A stretch of DNA of 64,000 bases from an uncultured Microthrixaceae bacterium (GCA_963728005.1 CAVSIG010000005.1:57716-121715), one strand, 5' to 3'. Positions 28,190 through 40,150 are shown, numbered from the stretch's first letter. Notes: generated by a model not told the origin, from the sequence alone. Translations and numbers: made by a program.

Positions 28190-29530
28190 GTGGGAGAGCG
28201 GCTGGTCGTGATCGGTGGGGACGCCGGCGGCATGACGGCCGCCACGGGCGCCCGGAAGCTGAACGGCGACATCGACATCGTCGCCCTCGAGAAGTCGTCC
28301 TTCGTCTCGTACTCGGCCTGCGGCATCCCCTACCTGGTGGCCGGTGACGTCGACCACCTCGACGACCTCGTCGCCCGTACGCCCCAGGAGTTCCGGGACC
28401 GGAACAAGATCGACGTGCGGCTCCGGCACGAGGCCATGGCCATCGACACCGACGCCCACCAGGTCGAGGTCCGGGACCACGAGCACGGCCGCACGGTCAG
28501 GGTCCCCTACGACCAGCTGGTCATCGCCACCGGGGCCCGGCCTCGGCGGCCGGACATCCCGGGGATCAACGGCGAATCGGTGCTCGGGGTGCAGACCCTG
28601 GCCGATGCCCAGCGGCTGATGGAGCGCACCCAGCGGGTGAACCCCAAGGAGGTCGTGGTCGTCGGAGGCGGCTACATCGGCCTCGAGATGGCCGAGGCCT
28701 TCGTCCGGAGGGGCTCGCACGTCACCGTCGTCGAGTCCGCCGCCGAGATCATGGGCAACCTCGACCCGGACATGGCCACGCTGGTCCGTACCGCCATGGT
28801 CCGCACGGGGATCGAGGTCCGCTGCGGCTGCCCGGTCACCGGCTTCGAGCCGGGCGCGGTCCACCTGGAGTCGGGTGAGTCGATCCCCGCCGACCTCGTG
28901 ATCCTCGGTCTGGGCGTCGAGCCGAACACCGAGCTGGCGGCCGACGCGGGCGTCGAGTTGGGGGCGAAGAACAGCATCCGGGTCAACCGCCGCCAGCAGG
29001 CCAGCGTCGACGGCATCTGGGCCGCGGGTGACTGCTGCGAGTCCCACCACCTCGTCTCCCGCCAGCCGGTCCACGTCGCCCTCGGCACCGTGGCCAACCG
29101 GCAGGCTCGCGTGGCGGGCATCAACCTCGGCGGGGGCTATGCCACCTTCCCCGGAGTCGTCGGGACAGGTGTCGCCAAGTTGTGCTCGACCGAGATCGCC
29201 CGCACGGGGCTGAACGAGAAGGAGGCCGCCGACGCCGGGTTCGAGTACGTCGTGGCCAAGATCAAGGCGACCACCCGCGCCGGCTACTACCCGGGGGCGA
29301 AGCCGATCGTGGTGAAGCTGCTGGCCGAGAAGGCGAGCGGCCGCCTGCTCGGCGCCCAGATCGTGGGGGAAGAGGGGGCCGGCAAGCGCATCGACGCTTT
29401 CGCCGTCGCGCTCACCGCCGAGATGACCGTCGAGGACCTGATCAGCGCCGACCTGTCCTACGCCCCGCCGTTCTCTCCGCTGTGGGACCCCGTCCAGGTG
29501 GCTGCCCGCAAGGCCTCGGGAATGCTCTGA
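28190..29530 (+). CDS. CoA-disulfide reductase / NADH oxidase family flavoprotein
   Basis: IGGDAGG, SYSACGIPY (single redox Cys), GGGYIGLEMAE, AAGDC, DLSYAPPFS. Confidence 0.9.
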   Translation: MGERLVVIGGDAGGMTAATGARKLNGDIDIVALEKSSFVSYSACGIPYLVAGDVDHLDDLVARTPQEFRDRNKIDVRLRHEAMAIDTDAHQVEVRDHEHGRTVRVPYDQLVIATGARPRRPDIPGINGESVLGVQTLADAQRLMERTQRVNPKEVVVVGGGYIGLEMAEAFVRRGSHVTVVESAAEIMGNLDPDMATLVRTAMVRTGIEVRCGCPVTGFEPGAVHLESGESIPADLVILGLGVEPNTELAADAGVELGAKNSIRVNRRQQASVDGIWAAGDCCESHHLVSRQPVHVALGTVANRQARVAGINLGGGYATFPGVVGTGVAKLCSTEIARTGLNEKEAADAGFEYVVAKIKATTRAGYYPGAKPIVVKLLAEKASGRLLGAQIVGEEGAGKRIDAFAVALTAEMTVEDLISADLSYAPPFSPLWDPVQVAARKASGML

Positions 29531-29531
29531 G

Positions 29532-31815
29532 ATGGGGGCGACGCTGGACCGGGACGCCCTGCTGGCCGACACGTCGATCGCGGGTCGCGAGTTCTGCACG
29601 GCGTACACCGCGGCCGTCGACCGGTGGGTGGCCGAGCTGTTCACCGCCGCGGCCCCCGACCCCGACGGGCTGGCCCTCGTGGCCGTCGGCGGGTACGGAC
29701 GGGGCGACCTCGCCCCGGGCAGTGACCTCGACCTGCTGCTCCTCCACCACCCGAAGCGCTCGGCCAACGAGGCGGCGCAGGGCATCTGGTACCCGATCTG
29801 GGACACCGGGCTGAAGCTCGGCCACTCCGTCCGCACCGTCAAGGAGGCGCTGACCCTCGCCTCGAGCGACCTCGACACCGCCACCTCGCTGCTGGCGATC
29901 CGCCACCTGGCCGGGGATGCCGCACTCACGACCGAGCTGGCCGACGAAGCCGTCGCCCTGTGGCGCAAGCGGTCGAAGCGCTGGCTGGGGGACCTGGCCC
30001 GGTCGGTCAGGGAGCGCCACCGCCAGCACGGCGAGGTCGCCTTCCTGCTCGAGCCCGACCTGAAGGACGGTCGGGGCGGGCTGCGCGACGTCCACGCCCT
30101 GGGCTGGTCCGAGGCGGCCCGGCCCCTGCTTGCCAACGGCGACCCCGAGGCGCTGGCCGAGGCCGCCGACGTCCTGCTGGCCGTCCGCGTCGAGCTCCAC
30201 CGCCGCACCGGCCGCGCCAGCGACCGGCTGGTGCTCCAGGAGCAGGACGCCGTGGCCGTGGCCCTCGACTATCCGAACGCCGACCGTCTCATGGCCGACG
30301 TGGCTCGGTCCGCCCGCACGATCGCCTGGATCGCCGACGAGGCCTGGGACCGGACCGAGTCCTCGCTGGCCGGGCCTCTGGGACGGCTGGCCCGCTCGGA
30401 CCGGGTCCTCGGCCCGGGGGTGGTCCTGCGGGACGGCGAGGTCCACCTGGAGGTCGACGCCGACCCGAAGACCTTCCCCGCCCTCGTGCTGCGAGTGGCC
30501 GTCGCCGCCGCCCAGCACGACGTCCGCATCGAGCGCCGCTCCCTCGACCGGCTGGCCGCCGAGGTCCCCGTCTTCCCCGACCCGTGGCCCGAAGGGGCTC
30601 GCGGCCTGCTGGCCGACCTGCTGCTGGCGGGCCGCCCGGCCATCCGGGTGCTCGAGGCGCTCGACCAGCGGGACCTGCTCGTCCGCATCCTCCCCGAGTG
30701 GGAGCCGGTGCGCAGCCGGCCCCAGCGCAACGCCTACCACCAGTTCACCGTCGACCGTCACCTGCTGCGAGGCGGCCGTGAACGCGGCGGCGCTGGCCGA
30801 CCAGGTCCACCGCCACGACCTCCTGGTCATCGGCGCCCTCCTCCACGACCTCGGCAAGGGCTACCCGGGCGACCACACCGAGGTCGGCATCGAGCTGGTG
30901 CAGAAGATCGGCCCCCGCCTCGGCTTCCCGGACGACGACGTCGACACCCTGGTGGCCATGGTGGAGCACCACCTGCTGCTCCCCGACGTGGCCACCCGGC
31001 GGGACATCCGCGACGACGACACCATCGCCGCCGTCGCCTCGGCCGTCGGCTCGCTGCCCACCCTCGAGCTGCTGGCGGCGCTGACCGAGGCCGACTCGCT
31101 GGCGACGGGCCCGGCCGCGTGGGGGACCTGGAAGGCCGGCCTGGTCGCCGAGCTGGTGGCCCGCACGGGGCACGCCCTCGGCGGTCCGAGCCCGGCGCCC
31201 CGCACGCCCCTGCTCACCGACGAGCACCGCCGGCTCATGGCCGACGGCGCCACCCACGTCCTCGGCGAAGGGCGCACGCTGACCGTCATCAGCCGCGACC
31301 GCCCCGGCACGTTCAGCCGCGTCGCCGGTGTGCTGGCCGTCACCGGTCTGGACGTCCTGGAGGCGTCGGCCCACTCGGAGGGGACCGCCGCCCTCAGCCG
31401 CTTCACCGTGACCCCGACCCACGGCGACACCATCGACTGGGACAAGGTCATCGACCAGGTCGAGCAGGCGCTCGCCGGCCAGATGGCTCTCGACGCCCGC
31501 GTGGCCGAGCGGGAGCGGACCTACGCCCGCACCGAGCCCGTCCCCGACGCCGCTCCGCCGGAGGTCCTGGTCGACAACGACGCGTCCAGCTCGGCCACGG
31601 TGATCGAGGTCCACGCCCCCGACACCATCGGCATCCTCTACCGCCTCACCCAGGCCCTCGCCGGCCTCGACCTCGACATCCGCACCGCAAAGGTCCAGAC
31701 CCTCGGCCACCGAGTCGTCGACTCCTTCTACGTCCGCACCGCCGCCGGCGACAAGATCACCGACCTCGCCCACCTGAAGGAGATCGAGCGGGCGATCCTC
31801 TACGCGCTGGGCTGA
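29532..31815 (+). CDS. glnD: [Protein-PII] nucleotidyltransferase GlnD (frameshift near 30765)
   Basis: AVGGYGRG.LAPGSDLDL, EPDLKDGRGGLRD, YHQFTVDRH, LLHDLGKG (HD), two C-terminal ACT domains. Confidence 0.92.
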
Positions 31816-31828
31816 CATCATCGGGGGC

Positions 31829-32738
31829 ATGCGCTTCTCCGTGTGGGTCGGCCTGACCCAGCCGTGGGCGGATGTGGTCGACGCCGTCCAGCACGCCGAG
31901 CACACGGGATGGGACGGGATCTACGTCGCCGACCACTTCATGGCCGACGCCGAGGGGCCGTTCCCGGAGGACATGCCCAACTTCGAGGCGACGGCCGCGC
32001 TGGCGGCGCTGGCCGCGGCGACCGAGCGGGTGCGGCTGGCGCCGCTGGTCCTCGGCATCACCTACCGCCACCCGGCCGTGCTGGCCAAGTGGGCGGCCAC
32101 GACCGACCACATCAGCAACGGGCGCCTGCTCCTCGGCGTCGGTGCGGGCTGGCAGGAGAACGAGCACGAGCAGTACGGCATCCCGCTGGGGTCGCCGGGG
32201 GAGCGGGTCGAGCGCTTCGATCGAGGCACTGCAGGTCCTCCGGGGCCTGCTGGACGAGCCGACGACGACCGTGGCAGGCGACCACTACACGGTCACCGAT
32301 GCCATCGCCTGGCCCAAGCCCGTCCAGGAGCGGCTGCCGATCCTCATCGGGGCGAAGGGCGACCGCATGCTGGGCGTCGTCGCCGAGTACGGGGACCAGT
32401 GGAACATGTGGTCGGACCCCGAAGAGCTGGCCGAACGGCGATCGGTCCTCGACCGCCACTGCGAGAAGCTCGGCCGTGATCCGGCCGAGATCGCCACGTC
32501 GACGCAGGCGCTGACCTTCGTCCTCGACAGCAACGACAAGGCCGAGGAGCTGGAGCAGTCGATGGCCGTGCGGGCCGCGGTCGCCGGCACGCCCGAACGG
32601 ATCGCCGAGCGCGTGGCGGCGTGGCGGGACGCCGGCGCCGACGAGATCATCGTCCCCGACTTCACCCTCGGGCGGGGCACCCAGCGGGCCGAGGCCCTCG
32701 ACGCCCTCATCGAACAGGTGGCCCCCGACTTCCGATGA
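31829..32738 (+). CDS. LLM class (probably F420-dependent) oxidoreductase (frameshift near 32222)
   Basis: YVADHF, YRHPAVLAK, GRLLLGVGAGW.E.EH, PKPVQ.RLPILIG. Confidence 0.88.
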
Positions 32739-33467
32739 GCGACCAGCCCGCCGATCAGCACCGCCCCCCGTCCGAGGTCGATCTCCTCCGCTGGAGTGAG
32801 GCGCTGTCGGCCATCGCCAAGACCGGCCTCGGCTTCAGCGACAACCTCTACGAGCGGGAGCGCTTCGAGGAGGTGCTGGCGGTGGCCGCCGACATCCGGG
32901 TGGCGTCCGGGCCATGCCTTCGACACCGACACCACCGTCGTCGAGTGGATGAAGGAGGTCGGCAAGGGCGTCCCCGGCTACGTCACGCCGAAGGTCGCCG
33001 TCGGGGCGGTCGTCGGCGACGACGAGGGTCGCATCCTGCTGATCCAGCGGGCCGACTCCGGCATCTGGCTCTACCCGACCGGGTGGTGCGACGTCGGCTA
33101 CTCGCCATCCGAGGTCGTCCTCAAGGAGGTGTGGGAGGAGACCGGCATCGAGGCCGAGGTCATCGCCCCCATCGCCATCTTCGACGGCCTGCGCCTGGGC
33201 TTCACCGGCATCCCGCTGTACTCGTTGGTGTTCGCCTGCCGACCCATCGGCGGCGAGCTGCGCCCCCACCCGCTGGAGTGCCAGGACGCGGGCTGGTTCG
33301 CCCAGGACGAGCTCCCCGAGCCGATGGCGGGGGCGGACCTGTGGATCGAGCACGCCTTCAAGGCGATCCGGGGCGAGCAGGTCCCGGTCTGGTTCGACCC
33401 GCCCCGGCGCCGGCCGTGGCGGGAACACGAGGGGCAGGACCACGAGGGGGAGGACCACGATGGCTGA
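32735..33467 (+). CDS. NUDIX hydrolase with Nudix_N domain (frameshift near 32912)
   Basis: IAKTGLGFSDNLYERERF, then GYVTPKVAV and a Nudix box GWCDVGYSPSEVVLKEVWEETG. Confidence 0.87.
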
Positions 33468-34861
33468 TCCGACGGCGATCGAGATCGCCGAATCCGTCCG
33501 GTCGGGTGAGCGCTCGGCCCGGGAGGTGCTCGACGACCACCTGTCCCGCATCGAGGCGGGCAACGAGGCGCTGAACGCCTTCGTCCACCTCGACGCCGAC
33601 CTGGCCCACGCCGCGGCGGCCAGGGTCGACGACCAGGTGGCGCCGGCGAGGACCCGGGCCCCTTCGCCGGTGTGCCCTTCGGGGTCAAGGACCTCGAGGA
33701 CTGCGCGGGCATGCCCACCTCGCACGGGCTCGCTGCTGTACCTGGGCCGGGGCCCGGTGGCCGCCGACTCCGTCCACGTCGCCCGCCTCCGGGCCGCGGG
33801 TGGCGTCCCCGTCGGCAAGACCGCGGCCCCCGAGTTCGGCACCCTCAACTTCACGAAGACGAAGGCGTGCGGCATCGACCCGCAGCCCGTGGGGTGAGAA
33901 CCGCACGCCGGGCGGCTCCAGCGGGGGCTCGGCCGCCGCGGTCGCCGCCGGTCTGGTGCCGATGGCGACGGCCAGCGACGGCGGAGGGTCGACCCGCATC
34001 CCGGCGTCCTTCTCGGGCTTGGTGGGCATGAAGCCGAGCCACGGCCGCATCCCCCACCCGGGCGCGCAGGACAGCCAGACCTCGGTCTTCGGCCTGCTGA
34101 CGACGACGGTGGCCGACTCCGCCCGCCACCTCGACGTCACGGCCGGCCCTGACGACCGGGACCGGCTCTCGCTGCCGCCGCCGACCGTCGGCTACGAGGC
34201 CGCCATCGAGGCGCTGGACGTCAGCGGCCTGAAGGCCCGCTGGTCGCCGGACCTCGGCTTCGCCAAGGCCGACCCGGAGGTCCTCGTTCCATGCCGAGGC
34301 GCGCCGCCCGCGAGCTGGCGACGGCCGCCGGCCTGGCGCTCGACGATGAGCCGGTGCAGCTGCCCGACGCGGTGAAGGTCTGGCTGAGCGCCGGCGCCAT
34401 GGACCTCTGGCTCGACCTGGAGCCGGGCATGTGGCCGGCCGGTGCCGACGACCTCACCTTCTTCTCCCGGCAGGGCCTGGAGCAGACCGAGGACTGGGTC
34501 ATCTCCCGCTTCGCCAACGTGAAGAAGCGGCGGGAGGACCTCACGGCCGCATGCCGCCGCCCTGTTCGAGGAGATCGACGTCCTGCTGACGCCGACGACC
34601 GCCATCCCCGCCTTCGACGCCGAGGGCCCGCCCCAGAAGGAGGTCGACGGCGAGGAGATCTTCGGCGCCATGACGACCCCGTTCACGATGCTGGCCAACC
34701 TCTGCTGGAACCCGGCGATCTCCGTCCCCGCCGGGCTCACCGACGACGGCCTGCCCGTCGGCCTGCAGATCATGGCCCGCCGCCACCACGACGAGATCCC
34801 GCTGCGCCTGGCCCGCATCCTCGAGCAGACCCGGCCCTGGCCCCGGTTGGCGCCGTCCTGA
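33460..34861 (+). CDS. Amidase signature family protein (several frameshifts)
   Basis: GVPFGVKD, GKTAAPEFG, PGGSSGGSAAAVA, SDGGGSTRIPAS, GLPVGLQI across frames. Confidence 0.88.
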
Positions 34862-35337
34862 CCCACCTCGTCGAGGTCGCGCCGGCCACCACGCACGACC
34901 TCCGCCGGGAGGTCCTGCGCGGGGGGAGGGCCGACGCCGACGTCACTTGGACCGGCGACGACGAGCGGGAGACCTTCCACCTCGCCGTCATCGACCGGGA
35001 CGCCACAGGCGACGAGACGCCGGTCGGCGTGGCCACCTTCCTCGACCGGGCCTGTCCGGTGCGGCCGGGTCGCTTCCCCGCCCGCCAGGTCCGGGGCATG
35101 GCGGTGGCCGAGGACCGCCAGGGCGAGGGCATCGGCAGCGCGCTGTTGGCCGCCGGCCTCGAGCGGTGCCGGGACGAGGGCGTGGCCGTGGTGTGGGCGC
35201 ACGCCCGGGAGCCCGTCGTTCCGTGGTACGAGGCCCACGGCCTGCTGCCGGAAGGCGCCGTGTACGACCGCCCGGTCGGCGACCGCACGCTGCCCCACCG
35301 CACGGTGGTGCTCGACCTCGACGTCGGCTCGACCTGA
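34858..35337 (+). CDS. GNAT family N-acetyltransferase (start uncertain)
   Basis: LRREVLR, QVRGMAVAEDRQGEGIG, VWAHAR. Confidence 0.8.
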   Translation: MTHLVEVAPATTHDLRREVLRGGRADADVTWTGDDERETFHLAVIDRDATGDETPVGVATFLDRACPVRPGRFPARQVRGMAVAEDRQGEGIGSALLAAGLERCRDEGVAVVWAHAREPVVPWYEAHGLLPEGAVYDRPVGDRTLPHRTVVLDLDVGST

Positions 35338-35338
35338 G

Positions 35339-36364
35339 ATGCCGACCTGGGTCCTCCACGTCGACCTGGACCAGTTCCTCGCCGCTGTCGAGGTCCTTCG
35401 CCGGCCGGAGCTGGCCGGGAAGCCCGTCGTGGTCGGCGGGGACGGGAACCCGAAGCGCCCCCGCCAGGTGGTGGCCACCTCGTCGTACGAGGCCCGGGCG
35501 TTCGGCGTGCGGTCGGGCATGCCGCTGGCCCGGGCGGCCCGGTTGTGCCCCGACGCCGTCTTCCTCCCGTCGGACCGCCCCGCCTACGAGGCCAAGTCAG
35601 CCGAGGTGCTGGCCGCGCTGCGCTCGCTCCCGGTCGCGGTCGAGGAGTGGGGCTGGGACGAGTGGTTCCTCGGCGCCGACACCGACGACCCCGAGGCGCT
35701 GGCGCAGATGGTGAAGGACCGGGTCGTCGAGGACACGCAGCTGAGCTCGGCGGTGGGGATCGGCGAATCCCGGCTGATGGCGAAGACGGCGACGGGCTGG
35801 GCCAAGCCGGGCGGCATCGCCCGCCTGACCCGGAGAGAGTGGCTGGACCGCATGGGCGACGAGCCGGTCACGGCCCTGTGGGGCATCGGCTCCCGGATCG
35901 CCGCCCGGCTGGCCGAGCTGGACGTGCACACGGTCCGCCAGCTGGCCTTCGCCGACACCGAGGCCCTGGCTCGCGCCTTCGGCCCCCGCATCGGGCCGTC
36001 GCTGAGGGTCAGTGGCCTGGGCGGCGACGAGTCGCCCATCGTGGACACCCCCCGACGGGCGAAGGGCCGGAGCAAGGAGGAGACCTTCGTCCGGGACCTC
36101 GTCGATCGGGACGACATGCTGCGGGAGCTGGATCGGCTGGCGTCCGACGTGACCGAGTCGGTCGTGGCCGACGGTCGCACGGTGACCCACGTCGGCGTCA
36201 AGGTGCGCACGGCGAGCTTCTTCACCCGGTCGAAGGTGGGGAAGCTGGCAGAACCGACCACCGATCCGACCGTCGTGGCGGCCAAGGCCCGGGAGGTGTT
36301 CGACCGCTTCGAGCTGTTCTCGCCCGTCCGGCTGCTGGGCGTCCGCGTCGTCCTGGACGAGTGA
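35339..36364 (+). CDS. dinB: DNA polymerase IV (Y family, mycobacterial DinB2-like)
   Basis: WVLHVDLDQFLAAVE, SYEARAFGV, WGWDE, LWGIG, VRLLGV. Confidence 0.92.
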   Translation: MPTWVLHVDLDQFLAAVEVLRRPELAGKPVVVGGDGNPKRPRQVVATSSYEARAFGVRSGMPLARAARLCPDAVFLPSDRPAYEAKSAEVLAALRSLPVAVEEWGWDEWFLGADTDDPEALAQMVKDRVVEDTQLSSAVGIGESRLMAKTATGWAKPGGIARLTRREWLDRMGDEPVTALWGIGSRIAARLAELDVHTVRQLAFADTEALARAFGPRIGPSLRVSGLGGDESPIVDTPRRAKGRSKEETFVRDLVDRDDMLRELDRLASDVTESVVADGRTVTHVGVKVRTASFFTRSKVGKLAEPTTDPTVVAAKAREVFDRFELFSPVRLLGVRVVLDE

Positions 36365-36375
36365 CCGGCGTCACG

Positions 36376-36407
36376 TTGACCAGATAGAGATACCCCCCTA
36401 GGGTATC
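36376..36407 (+). promoter_or_regulatory. CsoR-type operator/promoter of the copper ATPase
   Basis: TTGACC at 36376 and GATACCC-CCCTA-GGGTATC (36389-36407): ATAC..GTAT arms flanking a C/G tract. Confidence 0.7.
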
Positions 36408-36410
36408 GGA

Positions 36411-38430
36411 ATGACGATGGTCGAGGACCACCGGACATCCGAGCCCGAGGAGCACGGCGGCCACGGCGGGCACGACCACCACAGCCCTGCCGACCACGCT
36501 GAGATGTTCCGCCGGCGCTTCTGGTGGAGCCTCCTCCTGAGCCTCCCGGTCGTCCTGACCAGCGACATGATCATGGACTGGTTCGGCTACGAGCTGGACC
36601 TGCCCGGCCGAGCGCGCCATCGCCCCAGTGCTGGGCACCGTCGTCTTCCTGTGGGGCGGGTGGCCGTTCCTCAGCGGCGGGGCGGCCGAGCTCCGCAGCC
36701 GGCAGCCCGGGATGATGCTGCTGGTGGCCATGGCCATCACCGTGGCCTTCGTGGCCTCGGCGGCCACGACGCTCGGTTGGTTCGACCTCGAGTTCTGGTG
36801 GGAGCTCGTCGCCCTGGTGACCGTCATGCTCCTGGGTCACTGGCAGGAGATGAAGGCGCTCGGCCAGGCGGGTGACGCCCTGGCCGCGCTCGCCGCGCTG
36901 CTCCCCGACGAGGCCGAGCGCCTCGACGCCGACGGCCGCCCCGAGGTCGTTCCGGTGGGTGACTTGGCGGTGGGCGACGTCGTCCTGGTGCGCCCGGGCG
37001 GGCGGATCCCCGCCGACGGCGAGGTGGTCGACGGAGGGGCGGAGATCGACGAGTCGATGATCACGGGCGAGTCGCGCCCGGTGCCACGCGGCGGGGGCGA
37101 TCACATCGTGGCGGGCAGCGTCGTCACCGACTCGGCCCTGCGGGTGCGGGTCGAGGCCGTCGGCGAGCAGACCGCTCTCGCCGGCATCCAGCGGCTGGTC
37201 GAGGAGGCCCAGCGCTCCTCCAGCCGGGCCCAGGTGCTGGCCGACCGGGCCGCCGCCCTCCTCTTCTACGTGGCCACCGCCGCCGCCATCGTCACCTTCC
37301 TGGCCTGGGCAGCCTTCGACTCCGTGGACGAGGCGGTCGTCCGCACCGTCACCGTCCTGGTCATCTCCTGCCCTCATGCCCTCGGGCTGGCCATCCCGCT
37401 CGTGATCTCGTTGTCGTCGGGCCTCGCGGCCCGTCGCGGGATCCTGGTGAAGGACCGGCTCGCCCTAGAGCGCAGCCGGACGGTCGATGCCTTCCTGTTC
37501 GACAAGACGGGAACGCTGACCAAGGCCGAGCACACGGTCACTGGGGTCGTCGGTGTGGGCCGGAGCGATGACGAGGTCCTTGCCATCGCCGCTGCCGTGG
37601 AGGCCGACAGCGAGCACCCGCTGGCCCGGGCGATCGTGGCCGCGGCGCCGGCGAACCGGCCTCGGGCGCGCGACTTCCGCTCGCACACCGGCCGGGGCGT
37701 CGATGCCGTGGTCGACGGTCGGCGGTACGCCGTCGGCGGGCCGGCGCTGCTCCGGGAGCGGGACCTGACCGAGCCGCCGGAGGCTGCCGAGCACGCGGAT
37801 GGGTGGCGCGGCCGGGGTGCCGCCGTGCTCTACCTGGTGGGCGACGACGGCATCGTGGGGGCCCTGTCGCTGGAAGACGAGGTCCGCCCCGAGGCCCGCG
37901 ACGCCGTCGCCGAGCTGCGGGCGATGGGCAAGCGGGTCGTGATGATCACCGGCGACGCCCGGGAGGTGGCGGACGCGGTCGCCGCCGACCTGGGCGTCGA
38001 CGAGGTGTTCGCCGAGGTCCTGCCCGAGGACAAGGACGCCACCGTGGCCGAGCTGCAGGCTCGGGGGCTGGCTGTGGCGATGGTCGGCGACGGGGTGAAC
38101 GACGCCCCGGCGCTGGCCCGCGCCGACGTCGGCATCGCCATCGGTGCGGGGACCGACGTCGCCATCGAGTCGGCCGGGATCATCCTCGCCCGCTCGGACC
38201 CCCGGGCCGTGGTCAGCGCCGTCCGCCTCTCCGAGGCGGTGCACCGCAAGAGCCTGCAGAACCTGGTCTGGGCCGCGGGCTACAACGTCGTCGCCATCCC
38301 CCTGGCCGCCGGCGCCCTGTCCTGGGCCGGGGTCGACCTCCCGCCGGCGGTGGCCGCGATCCTGATGAGCATCTCGACGATCGTCGTCGCCCTCAACGCC
38401 CAGCTGCTGCGGCGGGTGGACCTGGGCTGA
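36411..38430 (+). CDS. Heavy-metal P1B-type ATPase, CopB-like copper exporter (frameshift near 36615)
   Basis: His-rich N-terminus, TGES, CPH in the TM motif, DKTGT, SEHP, GDGVND, YN and MSIST. Confidence 0.92.
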
Positions 38431-38433
38431 ACC

Positions 38434-39252
38434 TCAGGACCTGGCCGTCACCAGCCAGGCCGCGCCCGGCGGATCGATGTGACCGTCGGGCCCGGCGTGC
38501 TCCGACAGCGCCTCCCGGGCTGCTGCGAGTGCCTCGGCGGCTTGGTCGTCCGGTGCGCCGTCGAGCACGGCCTTGGCCCAGTCCATGTTCCGGATGAAGC
38601 CGACGGCGTCGTCGGGCGAGTCGCCGAAGTGGACCGGGCGCTGGACGTCGTCGAATCGGACGTCGGTGAAGCCGGCGCCGGTGAGGATCCCTCGCACATG
38701 GTCCGGATCGGCGAAGGCGAACGGGCCGGGCCCGGGCGGCGGTACCGGCATCGTCAGGACCGAGGCCACGGCCTCACGCGCCAGACGCAGCCAGAGGTTG
38801 CGTTCCACGGGCTGCCAGCAGACGAACGCCAGCCGCCCGTTCACCACCCGGTGGAGGTTGGTGAAGGCGGCGACGGCGTCGTCGAAGAACATGACGCCGA
38901 ACCGGCTGACCAGCACGTCGAAGGGCGCCGATCCCAGTTCGTCGTCGGCGGCGTCGGCCCGGCGCAGCTCGACGTTGCTCAGCCCTCGGCCGGCGGCTCG
39001 GGCGGCGGCCACGTCCAGCTCCTCGGGCGAGAGGTCAACGCCGACGACGGACCCGTCGGGTCCGACGGCCTCGGCGGCGGCCACCGTGATGTCACCGTTG
39101 CCGCAGCCCACGTCCAGCACCCGCTCGCCGGGTTGCAGGTCGGCGCCCTCGATCAGGGCGTCGCCGAACTCGGCCAGCATCCGCGTGAACCAATCGGCGT
39201 GCTCGGCCCAGTAGCGGCCCTTCTCGCCCTGCCAGGTCTCGTCGGGGCTCAA
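38434..39252 (-). CDS. Class I SAM-dependent methyltransferase
   Basis: VLDVGCGNG, SRFGVMFFDD, GRLAFVCWQ, PGPFAFAD; TTG start overlapping the upstream stop. Confidence 0.88.
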   Translation of the reverse strand: MSPDETWQGEKGRYWAEHADWFTRMLAEFGDALIEGADLQPGERVLDVGCGNGDITVAAAEAVGPDGSVVGVDLSPEELDVAAARAAGRGLSNVELRRADAADDELGSAPFDVLVSRFGVMFFDDAVAAFTNLHRVVNGRLAFVCWQPVERNLWLRLAREAVASVLTMPVPPPGPGPFAFADPDHVRGILTGAGFTDVRFDDVQRPVHFGDSPDDAVGFIRNMDWAKAVLDGAPDDQAAEALAAAREALSEHAGPDGHIDPPGAAWLVTARS

Positions 39253-40098
39253 CGGTCGCGCAGGAAGCGTTCGACTTCGTCGACGAGGGCGCTGCCGTCG
39301 CCGTGCATGGCCTGCTCGTCGAAGACCCGCTCGAGCTCGGCGACGTAGGTCGAGGACTCCTCGTCCTCCTGGACCAGCTCGTCGAGCTGGCGCTCGTAGT
39401 CGGTCGTGGCGATCTCGAGGTCGGTGACCGGGACGGTCGTGTCCAGCAGCTGGCCCACCCGCTCGACCAGGGCGAGCGCCGCCTTCGGCGAGGTGCTGCC
39501 CGGCACATACGACGGGACCGACCCCCAGAGGGAGATCGAGTCGAGCCCGGCGGCCCGGCACGAGTGGTGCATCGCGCCGACGATTCCGGTCGGCCCCTCG
39601 TAGGACGACGGCCGGAGGTCGAGGCGGCCGATCAGCTCGGCGGAGTCGGCGGTCCCGATGACCGACGTCGGTCGGGTGTGGGGGATGTCGGTGAGCAGCG
39701 CCCCGAGGGTCACGAAGAGGGTGGCGCCCAGCTCCTGGGCCACGCCGGTGACGTGCTCGCCGAAGGTGCGCCAGCGCAGGTTCGGCTCGATGCCCGTCGA
39801 GCACGACGATGTCGCGGTCCGTGTCGGGGATGGCCCCGGCCCAGAAGCGGTTCGCCGGCCACTCGATGTGACGCAGGCCGCCCTCGTCGAAGGCCACGTG
39901 CGGGCGGGTGTCGGTGAAGCTGTAGAACTCCTCGGGGTCCAGCTCGGCGACCAGCTCGAGGTCCCAGGCGTCGCGCAGGTGGCGGACCGCCATGGTGGCG
40001 GCGTCACCGGCGTCGTTCCAGCCTTCGAAGGCGGCGATCAGGAGCGGGTCCCGCAGCCGTTCCCGCCGTTGCCAGACCACATGGTCGAGGTTCGCCAT
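39249..40098 (-). CDS. PAC2 family (proteasome assembly chaperone-like) protein (frameshift near 39795)
   Basis: AFEGWNDAGDAAT, EEFY.F..TRP, GIEPNLRWR, PHTRP, YEGPTGIVG, EVERFLR. Confidence 0.9.
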
Positions 40099-40150
40099 CT
40101 CGTTCCACGCTACCGGCGAGGGGTCGCACCGCCGAGTCGTTCACCCCCGA

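Noticed and set aside
30740-30790. Programmed frameshift in glnD (and in ligC, copB-like, amidase)
   Set aside because: No slippery sequences seen and indels are pervasive, so sequencing error is more parsimonious
38434-40098. 554-aa PAC2-methyltransferase fusion
   Set aside because: Created by one indel near 39795; the two genes overlap normally at 39249-39252
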